The notes under the pieces were generated by a model. That model was not told where the DNA came from and did not search any database. It saw nothing but the letters and a program-made list of their open reading frames with translations. The position numbers and the translations under genes are program-made. A DNA stretch of 64,000 nt from the NCBI GenBank assembly GCA_030141605.1, contig JAQGDQ010000008.1, positions 1,636,707-1,700,706 on the forward strand, given 5' to 3'. The DNA is from Tubiluchus corallicola. Its lineage: Eukaryota; Animalia; Priapulida. Shown piece after piece: positions 14,169 through 27,640 of this stretch; position 1 is the first letter of the stretch; every line of letters begins with the position of its first letter.

Positions 14169-14714
14169 ATGTCAATTTCAAGAGATTCAAGATCAAGTGT
14201 AGAAGAAACAGATGAAGCTTTGAGAACTGTATTACAAATGCAGAGCCGCAAATCAAGCTTGTTTGAAATGGGAAAGCACGGTTTGGACCAGACATCCAGC
14301 GGTACATTGAAGTTAATAGGATTTGAACCACATGGAATGGAGAGTCGACTGCCCAAGGTACCTCTTGAAAACACTTACCAGTTAGGACCTGCTGTCGTTT
14401 TCAAACCTGAGCCGGTGAAGAAAATAATAGAAGAAGTATTGGAGTGCGTTCTCAGTGAAAGACAGTATGAAATGCGCCAGGGCAGAAATGCGAGTAAGTA
14501 TATAGCCAACACAATCTTGTCGAGAGTAAAGGCACTGAATTATAAGCGGTACAAGTTTGTGGTCGTAGTAAACGTCGGACAGAAGTTCAATCAGGATGTA
14601 CACATCGGCAGCCGGTGCATTTGGGATGTAGAAAGTGACAATTTTGCTTCTGCTACCTATGAGAGCAATGATGTGTTTGGCTGTGCAGTGGTGTATGGCC
14701 TTTACCACGAATAA
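14169..14714 (+). CDS. Tctex1 domain-containing dynein light chain (TCTEX1D1/DYNLT5-like), 181 aa, single coding exon
   Basis: Motifs ENTYQLGP, RVKALNYKRYKFVVVVNVGQ, SRCIWDVESDNFASATYESNDVFGCAVVYGLYHE are typical of the Tctex-1 family. First ATG at 14169, after a candidate acceptor (gtttacag at ~14134). Confidence 0.92.
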   Translation: MSISRDSRSSVEETDEALRTVLQMQSRKSSLFEMGKHGLDQTSSGTLKLIGFEPHGMESRLPKVPLENTYQLGPAVVFKPEPVKKIIEEVLECVLSERQYEMRQGRNASKYIANTILSRVKALNYKRYKFVVVVNVGQKFNQDVHIGSRCIWDVESDNFASATYESNDVFGCAVVYGLYHE

Positions 14715-15082
14715 TTTGACGAATTTTGTTTTTTCTGCTGTTATGCAGTTATCTAAAAACATTCGTTTAATTTTTTTAGCTGTTTGTGTGTAAATTTTGT
14801 TTTTTAGTTAACTGTTAACTTTTTGATCGTTCAGTAATAATTATGAAAAGTAAACGTGTATTGCTTTAGCGATGAGTAGGTTAATGAAGACTTAATGGCT
14901 TCTCGTTATTACTCGTTATTTATTGCGCCCAACTGAATTACATTACAAAATCTGTTCATTGCATTGTGACCAACCGATTTTGTTATATTTTGAAATCTAA
15001 AATACAGGCTTTCTTGTTTAATTCAGCATATATTATTGGCATAATGCGATAATCAATTGATAGGGTTTAATGCTACTGTCGA

Positions 15083-15096
15083 TTGACCTTGGTAAC
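15083..15096. promoter_or_regulatory. Possible RFX X-box half-site upstream of EFCAB9
   Basis: TTGACCTTGGTAAC contains the strong RFX half-site CTTGGTAAC about 280 bp upstream of the ATG. Confidence 0.25.
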
Positions 15097-15375
15097 TCCT
15101 AAAACAGTAACTTGCAGGGAGGAAGTTCGGAGTCCGGAAATTGCATGGCCACAACAATTCAGTGAAGCCGTATCATGTGAAGAACGTACCACGTGATTTA
15201 AAAATAAAAAGACAATGCAATTTAAACAATATAGCAAATTTCGAATTCTGAAAACAAACAAAGTAAACCCAGATAGTCCTGATTCGTTGCAACAAAGGCT
15301 GCAATAGGAAAGTTTGTAATTCATGATAACTGCATTTTTAATCTGAAACTTCTATTTTTGCTCGCCAAAAAGAAA

Positions 15376-16107
15376 ATGATTGTGACATCGCCTACCTTGC
15401 AGTACTTGTCACTGGATGACAACTACAGTTTACTAACTTGTGTACAAGCTCGTGTTACTTTCGAACTTTTCTCATTGCTGGACGTTCATAACACGGGCAG
15501 CTTAAACGATGTCCAATTTTGCAGCTTTTTAAAACATGCCACCAACTTAACAAATTCTCAGATCTACAACACCTTTGACATGTTAGACGTAGATGCATCA
15601 GGATCCATAGATTTCAACGAATTTTGCCTGATTGTATGCATCTTAGTCGGAATTAAGGACAGGCAAGAAAAGCAGTTTATTTACCGCCATTCAGGTACAG
15701 TATTTGATCTGTTAGATGGTGATTGCAGTGGTACCGTATCTGCGGAGGAGTTTCGTTTATTCGGATTTCTGTTCAATATCGGCAGGAACACGGTAAGACA
15801 GATTTTCGAAGAGTATGACATATCCGGTGACCAGGAAATAGATTACGAGGAATTTAAACTGTTTGCAATGGCCTGCATAGACAAGCAGATCGAAATGCAA
15901 CAGAATATTGCCAGAAAGCTTCTCAAGAAAGAAGCCAAAGAAGAGTTTAGGCAGAGAAAGTATCGTCTTAAACAGCTGAAAAAGATGGAGCCCAGGTTGA
16001 AATTTGAAACAACCTACCTAGCTAAGAAACGAAACCGAGCTATTGAGTCAAACATGGAAAGGCTGGGATCGTCCGACTATACTGATTCTGATAGCGCGTT
16101 TGAGTAG
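15376..16107 (+). CDS. EFCAB9: EF-hand calcium-binding domain-containing protein 9 (CatSper Ca2+/pH sensor homologue), intronless CDS, 243 aa
   Basis: LQYLSLDDNYSLL, LLDVHNTGSLNDVQF, FDMLDVDASGSIDFNEF, KQFIYRHSGTVFDLLD, FGFLFNI and YDISGDQEIDYEEFKLF align by eye with mammalian EFCAB9 (LWYLYLDKIYCLL, LNDVLF, QFMYRHSRPVFDLLD, FLFNI, EFKLY); basic coiled C-terminal extension. Confidence 0.85.
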   Translation: MIVTSPTLQYLSLDDNYSLLTCVQARVTFELFSLLDVHNTGSLNDVQFCSFLKHATNLTNSQIYNTFDMLDVDASGSIDFNEFCLIVCILVGIKDRQEKQFIYRHSGTVFDLLDGDCSGTVSAEEFRLFGFLFNIGRNTVRQIFEEYDISGDQEIDYEEFKLFAMACIDKQIEMQQNIARKLLKKEAKEEFRQRKYRLKQLKKMEPRLKFETTYLAKKRNRAIESNMERLGSSDYTDSDSAFE

Positions 16108-18189
16108 AAAAACACTGCAGAAGTGCGTAGCTTCCTTAAGGCAGTTAAGGAATAGAATAAACTGAGCTGGTCAATGGTAAATGCTTTTATCTACGAAATA
16201 AGAAAGTGCTGACTGCTGACACTAGTTCATTTCCAGTTCAATCAACTTCTTAACCAAAGATTTGTTTGCAAAGTTCTGGGACCTTTTTGTTTCATTGCGA
16301 CTTGAGGTTACGTTAAAATTTGGAGCATGAAAACTGGTTCAGCAGATTCGTACTGTAATTGAAACAACTACGAAGCCTTTATATAGGCAACGCGGCTCAT
16401 GGAGGAACGCTAAAAGGATAAGCGCTTCTAGTTGCTACGCGGTTACCTGCCGAAAAAAAATCAAGCGACTATTTATTTCTCTCATTTTGTTGCTGACTTG
16501 TGAAATCTCATTGTGCTTTTGACAGAAAGACGTTGCTCAAAATGTGTAAAAAATAACCTGGATGAAACGGGAGAAAGACGAAAACATTAAGTACTATAAA
16601 ATTATTCATCATTGTTTACCACGTTAGAAAATTCAACCGAACAATGGTAACTACCCTACTAACTTTACTAAAAACAGATACACCTAATTTCCCTATCTTG
16701 TTTTTAGGTCGTTAATCATTAATAATTTCAATGGCAGCAGCATAATTTAATACTACAAACGCGTCAGCTGTGGGTTAAATGAGCCAGAACTGATAAGAAT
16801 TACATAAACATTTTTCATACACACATTCAAGGACATTAAATATCCATTGATAAATGGGAACTTATGAATTTGTAAAACATGTGCCTTAAATGACCTAAAA
16901 TGACCTAGCTTTAAATCAATGCCATACCAAATACCAGCCAGTTATTAAATACAGTTAGTTTAGCAAACTTAAATCTGATTTATAGAAACAATAAATTAAA
17001 ATGTTATTATATGTAAGTAATTATTGTTATCGTTAAGTTGATGTTAGTTATTATTGTAATTCTTTTTATATCAATTTAAGTTTTACAATTTACATCATTG
17101 TTAGTTTATATAAATTAATTTGGCGATTGTATAACAAATATCGTACATAAACAGGATTCTAAAGTACTTTGGATTATAATTTCTATTTTTAGTTACACTG
17201 AAATACCATCAAATTATAGGTGGTTTACACATCTCATAATTCTTGCTGATATCATTGTTTTGCCTGTTCAGTGTGTACTAAATATTTTTACTAACGTACG
17301 AGTATACGAGTATAGTCACTAATAAAATCGCAAACAATATAAATAAACCCAGAAGTAAACAAATATGTTTTAATGAATACGATTAATGTATATTCTATTG
17401 CTCGCTTGATTTCATTAAAAAAAGATTCATGTGGTATTTTCTGATTATCATCGTTAACTTCAGTCTGCATTTACTTTTTCACGAAATTAAAACAAAACAC
17501 GGATTGAATAAAAAAAATCACGTATAATGAAATCTAAGCCGGCAGTAGTATGCTCAATTAATAAATGCGCGGATATGGGGAAAAATGACCGATTCTACCT
17601 TTTTATTAATTAACTCATCAATTTACCGTAAGAAGAAGCGTAATTATTAATCATAATCTAAAGATGAACTTCTGACAGCTCTAGGATTTAATGACTGTTT
17701 TCCAGTGAATTAAATTAGTTGCCTGGTAAAGACAATGCTCCCCTACAGCTGCCTTAGATAAAATTAATAAAACCAAAAACAATGAAAAATGTGCAGCAAG
17801 GTGCTTCCGATAGGCCTGCCCTTTCTTATTGACTAGAGACATGTTGATCTGTGCTTTAGTTATGGACTCGGTTTTACATTTACATACAACAAAAAGGTGA
17901 GTAAATGAGTGGCAGTCCAGAGAAACGGAGTTCGTATATTCAATATTTAAGTGATCGACGGTACCAATTGACGTTCTTTTTGAATAAGTAAGTAAGCAAT
18001 TCATTATTTTGTAGTACGTACATCTAGTACATAATCATGAAATTTATGTGGTTTTACGTACCATAGCGAAAAAAATTAACACAAATAAATTTAACCAGTT
18101 GCCACAGAAGTGCTAAATATACAGTTATGTAGAAATCATTGTAAATTTACATAATTTACTGTTAGCTAGTACGAATTGCAACAGGATAA

Positions 18190-19020
18190 AAAACCCTTGT
18201 CGGTTTAGCATTAATTGAGCGGTATGTATGGCCAGATGAGAGCATTTCAAAAAATTATTATCTAGACAACATAAGGTTGAAGTTTCAGGGAAACAGGTTC
18301 CAGGTAGAGAATTCCACATACAAATTGTCTGAAAGAAAACTGAATTGACAAATAGACGTTCTACATAGCGAATGTCCTGAGTACATCTATGCAAAGGAGT
18401 GGAAAAACGAGTACTACGGACAAACTGCTGATGTTTGTTCAGTGACCTTGAGAACATCTTCTATGGAAGTAGTGATAAAAGACGTACTTAATAAAACAAC
18501 AGATTCTGACCTTCGCTGAGTACACAACTAGATGGTTTTAATCTTAATTCAGACCCAACCAGAGTGACAATATGCCTTTGCAATCTGCGGAGTGGAGTCC
18601 AGCATTAGGCTTACCCCATGCAAGAACGGACTGTCCATTTGTAACGACAGACCATAGCTTGCGTAGTTACAAAACTGCGACCTAGATAATTACAAGCATC
18701 CTATTTTTTATACGTTCTTAACCACTTCTGTGACATATTTCTGCCATTTGAGATCAGAAAGACCAAGCAAGTGAACATAGGAGTGACTGGGAGGAGAGAA
18801 AAAGCACCATATTTATGGTAGGTGGTATAGCAATGCGATAGTGAGAAAATAATACCAGCTTCGTCTTCCCTTCATTAAAGGTGACAAGTCAGTGACGGGC
18901 CCAGTCGAAGGAATGTTAAAATCCCTTCAAATATTTGAGACGTTTCTAGTCGCGCGTCCTTAAGGAGCACATTTTGGTATGTGTGATACAGAGTAGTACC
19001 ATCAGTACAGATAGGTAGAA
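18190..19020 (-). mobile_element. Degenerate CR1/Jockey-group LINE, 3' end of ORF2
   Basis: Minus-strand FFQTICMWNSLPGTCFP matches the post-RT FFxRxxxxWNSLP motif; frameshifted upstream RT C-terminal remnants. Confidence 0.7.
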
Positions 19021-19662
19021 TCTTTCAGGTATCTATTTTTTACACCTATACACCTATTTTTCTGTTCTTATATTATACGTACGCGAAAATGTTCTCGTAC
19101 ATACGTATTGGTGAGTGTGAATTTTAATCACCTTTACCAATCAGAAGTGGTTGTGTAAAAGTCCATCCACAAAAGGAGGGCTTACTATAATCACATAATA
19201 CGGCATAATACACCAATACGGCATAACTTTTGAATAATGATCACAGTTGGTATTCACACCACATCAGCCATCTATCTATAAACCCTTAATGTGATCAGTC
19301 ATGCTGCATGGTACTTAATAATGAAAAATAAGCATTCTAGTATAAACTACAGGACGAAGAGAATAAATAGCGATCGCAGTGACGGAATGAGTGAGTGAGT
19401 GGAATAAGTAACAAAATTTGGCTAAAGATCGACGTTGCAATTAAAATGTTTGGCTGCATTAATCACACAGATGATGCGGTTGCATTTATTTTTGCAATGT
19501 ACAATGAGATTTTTCACAATCCACTCTCCTTTTTATTCTGTGTTTTTAATTGCGTCTTTTACGTTGTATCTATGTTCCTTTATCACATTATTTTAGTTAT
19601 TATGATTTTAATATATCTGGCGTCGATGTACGTCTTAGAACACCATATGTTGCTAAAATTGT

Positions 19663-20012
19663 AAATAAAATAACGTGATTAAATAAAATATGTAGGTTAC
19701 AATACAATAAAGGCAATTCAAGCGTTACTGTTGTTACGTTTTTCTTATGTCAAAAATAAAACTACATCTTCCGTCTATAAGTTACCTATATTCTATTCAA
19801 AAATTAAGATGTTTTTCAACATAAAGTTTGTGCTCAAATAAATAACGTAATCAAATAAAATATATAGATTACAATACCCTATTAAGGCTATTCGAGCGTT
19901 ATTGTTGCACTTTTTCTTACATCAAAAATAAAACTACGACTTCTGTCTACAAGTTACCTATATTCTATTCAAAAATTTAAAGTATTTTACAACACAAAGT
20001 TTTTCTCAAATA
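19663..20012. repeat. Diverged tandem duplication, two copies of a ~172-bp unit
   Basis: caaaaataaaactac...aagttacctatattctattcaaaaatt occurs twice in direct orientation. Confidence 0.85.
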
Positions 20013-22807
20013 AGTAAAATTTGCCTGGCAATTATTTCGGCAGTGTCAGGTGCGATAATGTTTACATAAGGTAGGCCTAGCTACTGTGAAAGCGCTTCAA
20101 TGCAGACATTCAGAGTCACGTTCCATTTTGAAGCATATTCAGCCGTTAAACAAGGTTGGCATTTTGATGGGAGGGGAAGAAATGACGCTGTATACCTACA
20201 ATAGTGAAATTTTAGGCAAAAGGTATTTGTAATTATTTTAAATTATATAGCTTGTTCATTGTACAACTATGACCTATTAACAACGTAACTACAATAAAAG
20301 TTGTGTATGCCACGTAATTCAAATTCGTTTCAGTTGCTCCCTGTGGTCTGTAATCCTATTCTTTTATAATAGGCCCTCGAAATACATTGAAACCACATGC
20401 AGATAATAATTATGACCTATGCCAAACCTGTGGATTAGACGGTGTCTCAAGTAAAACAATCTATCACTTTCCCCAATCCTGTTTCAATCGTCTTAGGCGA
20501 CTTAACAGTAGATCTATCAGAGCAATTAGATGATCAACGCGTCTTAATCTTCCCGTGAAGGTGCTGACAGGAAGTGCTGTTGCGTTCTGAGTACGCCGCT
20601 CTAGAAACGCCCCTTCTGTCTTTGCAGAAAATTCACCCTAGAATGACAATCACTTCCACTTATTAACTGCGTGTGTGTTGAGGAGCTAATAGTTGTGCTG
20701 CAAACAACGACTAGCTAGGCAATATTGTAAGATGTTTCTTCAACAAATTTTGTTCAGGTGAATAATATAAAAAACTATGTCTGTAATCTATATGTCTATT
20801 GGAAAGTTGCTTGACGTGCGGCCAAGACTAATTTCACTCATTTTCTTTAGCACAACGCTTGATGTTTTGCACAAATTTTAATAACTGCAATCTTAAAATT
20901 AATTCTCAAACTAAATTAAGTCTAAGATTTGCATCATTGAACTGTAAACGAAAGCACGGTTGCTGCGTAGAAGCTGTGTAGTTGAATGGTGAATAATGTC
21001 GCATAAAATTACCACCTTACAAGTATTATGAGAGTTCTACTAAACTTTAAAGAAAACACCTTTCATAAATAAGACTTGGAAAATTCGTCTTGGAATTTTA
21101 TATACTTATATATCGTCTCAGTGCATATAGAACTTGCATTAACAGTAACGCTGTATAAAATTCGTAAGAAGTCCCGCGATAACCCGCTAAGCACAGCCAT
21201 TTCAACAATCGTTTAAAGCAAGTTTAAATAACATTCTGCAAAGTTTGAAAAAATAAGCAGGCCATTCGTAGCACACTCTTCATTAACTAAGCAAAAATAT
21301 AAATAACTTTATTTTGTCAATAAGATCAATAGATGAATAAGTGGTGCGCACTGTGATGGCGATGCACTGCTGTGTTACCAGGTGGCGCGAATGTTTTAAA
21401 CTTAAGAAATTCCTTTTCCAGTTACACAAGTCTTTCAAACAGCTAAGCGTAATGCTGAACAACATAACCTTGTATGGAAAGTTTTTTTCAGACACACTTT
21501 AGAGTTTCCTATTCTTCCCCTTAAAGCATTAGTACCAGTCTGAACTTAACAGCATCCTCATTACAGTGGTGATAACTGAAAAAGTTTATTTGTGTATTTA
21601 TTTATTTATGTAAGTATTTATTTATTTATTGATAGCTATCATTTATTCGACATTATTTACAGTAGTAGCAACAAAAATGGATCAATTATTTTGTTCAGGT
21701 AACATAGTGCGTTGATACAAAAGAAGCGAGGTCAAAATCTTCACAAATGGCGTTCAATGTTTCGCAAAAATCTACTTAGTCTGTCAACGTTTATTTCGAG
21801 TTCAACTACACAAGGTTTAGTTTTGCTAAAATGAATAGGAAATCAAACACGCACTTTTAAAACTGGGCTGCTCTTGGTTATCGTTATTACAGGTCCCGTA
21901 CAGAAGGTGATGCAAATAACATAATCATATTAACATAAATTAGAATCGGGCGTTATCTATTGACAACATAGTTTCCCGCTTGGGCCAAAGCTACAGCTCA
22001 TTCCCTCAGCCCAATTTCTCTTTCCCTTCCGCTGTGCTAGCGAAATATGAATAGAATAGTTTGAATATCCAGGCATAGAAAAATATGTCATTAGATACAA
22101 ATTTAAACTTCTAATTTTAATTTTAATTTTCATGCGCAATTGAAGGATGGCTGATCTCGCAACTTGTCAATAAATATGCAGGAACTAGAAAGGAAACAGG
22201 TATGTCACGTTCACACAACACTTATAGGTTTATCACTCACATTCAAAACAAGAATAAACGCAATGAACATGCATACACGCATATTAGCATATTATGTTCT
22301 CTAATTAGCTGATTCTATTAATCAATTCATTAATAAATCAATCTTTAAAATAAAGAAAACTTAATGTTAATTTTGAACAACAAATGCTGACACACAACAA
22401 ATTGTTTAAATTATTATAATGTACAAGGAAAGCGAGATTGATAGAATCACATGAACAGTTCATTTATTAAATTGTTAATATTTCTCTAAAATGTGAAGCG
22501 AAACAGTTTTTAGTTTTAACTTGAGTGGTTGAAACTGAACTTTTAATGATCTTTCAAATTTTTCATGCATGCGACAGACAAGACATGCGTTTTCTCAAAT
22601 TGAAGTGATTTTCAATAAAAAAATGTTTTTCTTACCTCTACTAAAACCAAACTTTCCTTCCTAGAATATGCTACTTAAATACCGGTTCGCAAATAAACAA
22701 TTTGTAGCGTATAAAGCTGTGTTAATTTCGTTGTTCCTGTAACCACAATTCGAAGTAATTATCATAGAGCTTCATCTAGGTGATAAAGAAAGTTTTGCTA
22801 ATTTTTA

Positions 22808-22868
22808 TGTGCTGGTGTCCCGTCACTTGTGCTGGTGTCCAGTCACTTGTGCTGGTGCCCCGTCTCTT
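22808..22868. repeat. Short tandem repeat, three copies of a ~20-bp unit
   Basis: tgtgctggtgtcc(c/a)gtcact repeated three times. Confidence 0.85.
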
Positions 22869-23239
22869 GGCTTCTTTGTTTGGCTTCACGTGTGCGATGT
22901 CTGCAGAGCTTCTAACACTGCCTTCTGAAGAGGTGTTGTTCGGTTTACTATATAAGTTGCTTGGAATGCGCAAGAAGCCACCCACGCATTTTTTCTTAGT
23001 CACACTCAATGATGGTTACTCACGCTAAAGAAAAAAAGAAATCGAAAAGTAATAAAGCGAGAAGAGAATGAAAAAATGTTGAAACAGAAGGGAGAAAAAC
23101 GAAAGAGAGAAAGAATGAAAAAAGATAAGAAAAACGAAAAAAGAACGGAAAAGATAAATAGGAGAAACAAAGGAAAGGAAAGGGAGAAGAAAGAAAACAA
23201 ACGCAGCAAGAACAGAAAAAAGAAAAAGCCAGGAGGAAA

Positions 23240-23400
23240 AAAGGAAGGAATAAGAAGAAAGAAAGAAAGAAAGAAAGAAGGAAGGAAGATAAGAAGGAAG
23301 GAAAGAAAGAAAGAAAGAAGGAAGGAAGGAAGGAAGGAAGGAAGGAAGGAAGGAAAGAAAGAAAGAAAGAAAGAAAGAAAGAAGGAAGGAAAGAAGGAAA

Positions 23401-23441
<41 letters not shown>

Positions 23442-23470
23442 AGGAAGGAAGGAAGGAAAGAAAGAAAGAA
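23240..23470. repeat. (GAAA)/(GGAA)n microsatellite
   Basis: Purine tetranucleotide arrays; source of the spurious ORFs at 23006-23529. Confidence 0.95.
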
Positions 23471-24323
23471 ACCACGACCCTGAAAAAATGCTTTATGAAT
23501 AGGCCTATACATATTTCGTACAACAGCAAACTAATGATTTAGCACTTAATTAAACATGAGTAGGTAACGTGTGACCAACAACGCTTAGTTAGTCAGACAC
23601 GTAGCCTACGTGTCTCTTTTCGAATAACATATTTCTGATGAAGCGAGGGTGGAACCATTAATAAAAGAAAAGAATCATAAATAACACAGTCTTTATTCGC
23701 GAATGCTGAAAACAGTTGTTACCGATCTTAGTGAAATATGATGAATTAGCAAACGGGTAATTAAAACTAATAGTGTTGCGTGAATGGATAAGAATTCGAT
23801 GCATAAGAGCAAGGAAAAAATAAAACGGGATTAATTTTTAAAGAGATTAGGCAACTGATGCAGAATTAGAGGCATTTAGTAAAGCAATTACAAGATGATA
23901 TTAAACACGAGTAAACACGCATGCACGCCTCAGGATAATGGGGAGCCGCCACCCCTCAGAACGGCAGCAGAGTGCACGAATGAGCCGTGCATCATTAAAG
24001 TAATCGGTGTAATAAACCGCAAGCTGAGTAAAAGTAACAATTCTATTCATTAAGTACTCGCCCCTGTGTGTCAATTAATCGATAACTTATAAGAGGTAAA
24101 GCAGTTGTGTAATAAACACATTTTTATCATAACTTCTTTGTAAGTGAAAATAATAAAGCGGGTGGACAATTGTTGAGAGTTAGAGAAGAGATTAAACCTG
24201 CGGCTAACTTGTACCCTACAGCCTATTTTGCTGTACTTATTTTGCCTACGTATAGCTTAAAGCAAAACCGGACCCAATGTTAAACTGTATGTCAAAAGAA
24301 CCTATTCTTTAAAATATTAAAAG

Positions 24324-24864
24324 GAAACATACTATTTTTTCGAGAATGACTTACGTGAAGGAATTATTACCGCAGAAACGTAATTTGCGCCACTAATCCT
24401 TCGCTGTTATATGCATTTCGCCATTCGCTAGTTAGACAGACACTAGCGCCTGCATTTCGGAAAGCGTTCCGCAAAAACAGGTGTTGTACCTCTCGGTTCA
24501 CATGTGTTAGTTTGTGATGAACTACACAAGTTCCACAGCTCACGTGTGAGCACAGCGTAAATTTAAAATTTAAATTTTTATCTTAAAGTTGCCTAGTTTT
24601 AATACAACACACTGAATATCTCACAGTAGCACCGTACTTCAATTTTCGCTTTCGCAACACGTACAACACGCTCGTGGAATACTTTTGCTGTTAAAATTAT
24701 GTTAGTTTGTGATGTCATCAATAGTTGTGCTCGCCCGCGTTAATTAAGATTTTAATCTATTATTTAATTATCAGAAATAATGTAGTGTTTGTATTAATTG
24801 TGTATACTTTTTATCGGACTTGAAAATCGGGTACTGTATGAAAAATCACCTTGTCTTCCTTTAA
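24324..24864. mobile_element. Kolobok-like non-autonomous DNA element, copy A
   Basis: Ends in cttcct|TTAA; homologous in inverted orientation to 26145-26680, e.g. gttagtttgtgatgtcatcaatagttg vs caactattgatgacatcacaaactaac. Confidence 0.55.
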
Positions 24865-26144
24865 CTAAATACTGAAAGCTAGATAATAATTTTCTTTTTG
24901 CTCATTGCGTTGTAGATATTATGCAGAAAAAAGAAATATTTACATGTTCATTTTTGAATACGTTATCATTTATCTACAAGCTTACTAGTATCTCACAACT
25001 CGTAAGTTTCTATTACTTCGTTTAACGCAATACCTGATGTAAGAAAGGTTTCTGTAAAACCTAGTCAGCACAACGCACATAAATCATTTTGATGATTTGA
25101 CGTTATAATGGTTAATCAAATTCAAGGCTGTTATGTTTAATTGAATCGGAATACCAGGCCCCTTTACTTTGTGTCCCAACTTTTCCATTACAAACGCAAA
25201 AAACATTTTGCAGGATTACTGAGCTGGTACGCTCAAATTTAAGTACAAAGTACACAAAAGATTGTCATTTGATTTATGATGTAATATAGATATTTTTCAA
25301 GGCATATAACATGGAGAAGGATTCAAAGAAAGCTAACTAGTAGTAAGTGCATCGTAAACAAAACACAGAGCTGTGTTTGTTGTTCAAAGCACAAGAAAAC
25401 CGTTTAGTTACATCAAGCAAAAAATTCGCCTTCAAATTTTGTATCGCCTAAATACTGTCTTATTGCACACACAGCTTGTATTAGCAGTAATACAGTAAAA
25501 AACTTGAAAATTTAAACTGCTGCGATGTCTGTTAGACGTAGCCATTTTGACAAAAGTTGTTTGAAAGTTTAGATAACATTGCGGAAAGTTTGAAAAAATA
25601 ATCATAACATTCGTAGTACACACTTCTATATATAAATGTAAATTACTGTATCTCGTAAATAAGATTAAAAATACGTTTTTGGTGAGTCAGTGGTGTTCAC
25701 TGGGAAGGTGAGTCAGTGACATTTTACTAGTTGGCGCGAAGATGTTTGATTATTAAGAATTTTCTTTCCTGTTACATAAGTTTTTCAAGTAGGTAAGAGT
25801 AGTGCTAAGTAATATGGGGTTATGTGGAAACTTTTTTGAGACATACTTTAAAATTGCTTATTCTTTCCCTTTAAGTTTTATGTATAAATTGAATGATTTA
25901 CTTCGAGTTTTATAATCTGAGCACCAAAGTTGCTTCGAGCTGACTTTGATCCAGAAGATCAGATGCTCGAACTGAGCACCTTGATTCTTATAAAGAAACC
26001 AAAATCTTATTTTGTGGTAACTGGTCCACAAATAGAGCAACTTAACGTCTAAACTTGGAGTCTCTGATTTTCAGAATATCAAACAAGAATAAGGCTCAAG
26101 CTTGGTGTATAATCTTGATAATGAATGTGGATGTCCAACGATCC

Positions 26145-26680
26145 TTAAAGGAAGAGAGTATGACTTTTCATATACTACCCCATTTTCGGGTCCGATAAAA
26201 AGTAAACATTTTAACACAATTAATACTGCAAAAGCGTTTCTGATAATTAAATAATAGATTAAAAGCTTAACTAACGGCGGGCGAGCCCAACTATTGATGA
26301 CATCACAAACTAACATAATTTTCAACAACAAAAATATTCCACGAATGTTTGGCTCGTGTTGAGAAAGCAAAAATTGAAGTACAGTGCTACTGTAAGATAT
26401 TCACCGTGTTGTACTAAAACTAGGCAAGTTTTAAAAATAAAATTCAAATTTCAAATTTGCCGGTGTAGTCACGCATGAGTTGTCGAACGTATGTAGTTCA
26501 TCACAAACTAACACAGGTGAACAGAGGTACAGGACCTATTTTTTGTGCAATGTTTGTCCGAAATACAGGCACTGGTACCTGTCTAATTATTGAATTATGA
26601 AATTCATGTAACAGTGAAAAACGCGAAATTGTGTTTGAATAATTCTTTTACGCAAGTCATTTTGGAAAAAATAGTGTTTC
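26145..26680. mobile_element. Kolobok-like non-autonomous DNA element, copy B (inverted relative to A)
   Basis: Begins TTAA|aggaag; about 540 bp of diverged reverse-complement similarity to 24324-24864. Confidence 0.55.
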
Positions 26681-27207
26681 GTTTTGGTTTAATTATGTAA
26701 ATTTGTGCTCAAATTAAAATAATTGAACTTAGTTTGAGACTTTTCTATTCAAGTGAAACGTATTATAATCTGGGATTTTATTTTCACTAACAGCGCTTTT
26801 AAAGCTGCAAAAATAAAATAAAATAGAATAGATATTATAAATAAACATTTAGGTGTGTCAAAATTCGGCTTTTTATTGTGGTTATTAAAACAGTTTTAGG
26901 ACAGTGGCTTCGTTTCATTTGGAAATCAACCCAAACGAAATCAGCTGCACAAATCAAGATTCTGCTCAAAGAATACACATTTTCTTTGGCGCTGTACCAT
27001 TGTAGCACACATTGTTTTCATAAGACCATTAATAGTTGTATAAACTTCTATCACATATCATAGGTCTTGCTAAAATATGTATGCTGTGCAAATTTGCTCG
27101 ATTATTTGAGTCAGCATATCGAGTCTCTACCACGTGGACACGTCGACAAATTGCAACAGTACTAAATAAGAACGAAATGCAATAAAAATATTTTATTGTC
27201 ATTTTGT

Positions 27208-27640
27208 AATGAATGAATGAATGAATGAATGAATGAGTAAACGAACGAATGGACGAACGAACAAATGAATGAATAGACGAATGGATGGATGAATGAATGA
27301 ATTGAATGAATGAATGAATGAATAAAGAAATGAATGGGCGAATGGATGGAAGAACGAATGAACGAATGAATAAAAGAAAGAACGAACGAATGAACGAACG
27401 AACAAACGAACAAACGAACCAAAGAAATGAACAGATTAACAAAAATACTGAACAGAGAATGGAAAGACAGTTATAGTGATAGTAGTTGTCGTTGTTGAAG
27501 TAGCAGTAGCGACAGTAGTAGTAGCAGTAGAGGTAGTAGTAGTTGTTGTAGTAGCAGTAGCAGTCGCAGTAGTGGTAGCAATAGCATTAGTAGCAGTAGT
27601 AGTGTTGTTATTGTTGTTGTTATTAAAACCTACTGTAGTA
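27208..27640. repeat. (GAAT/GAAC)n and (GTA/GTT)n microsatellites
   Basis: Visible arrays; source of the low-complexity ORFs at 27029-27661. Confidence 0.9.
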
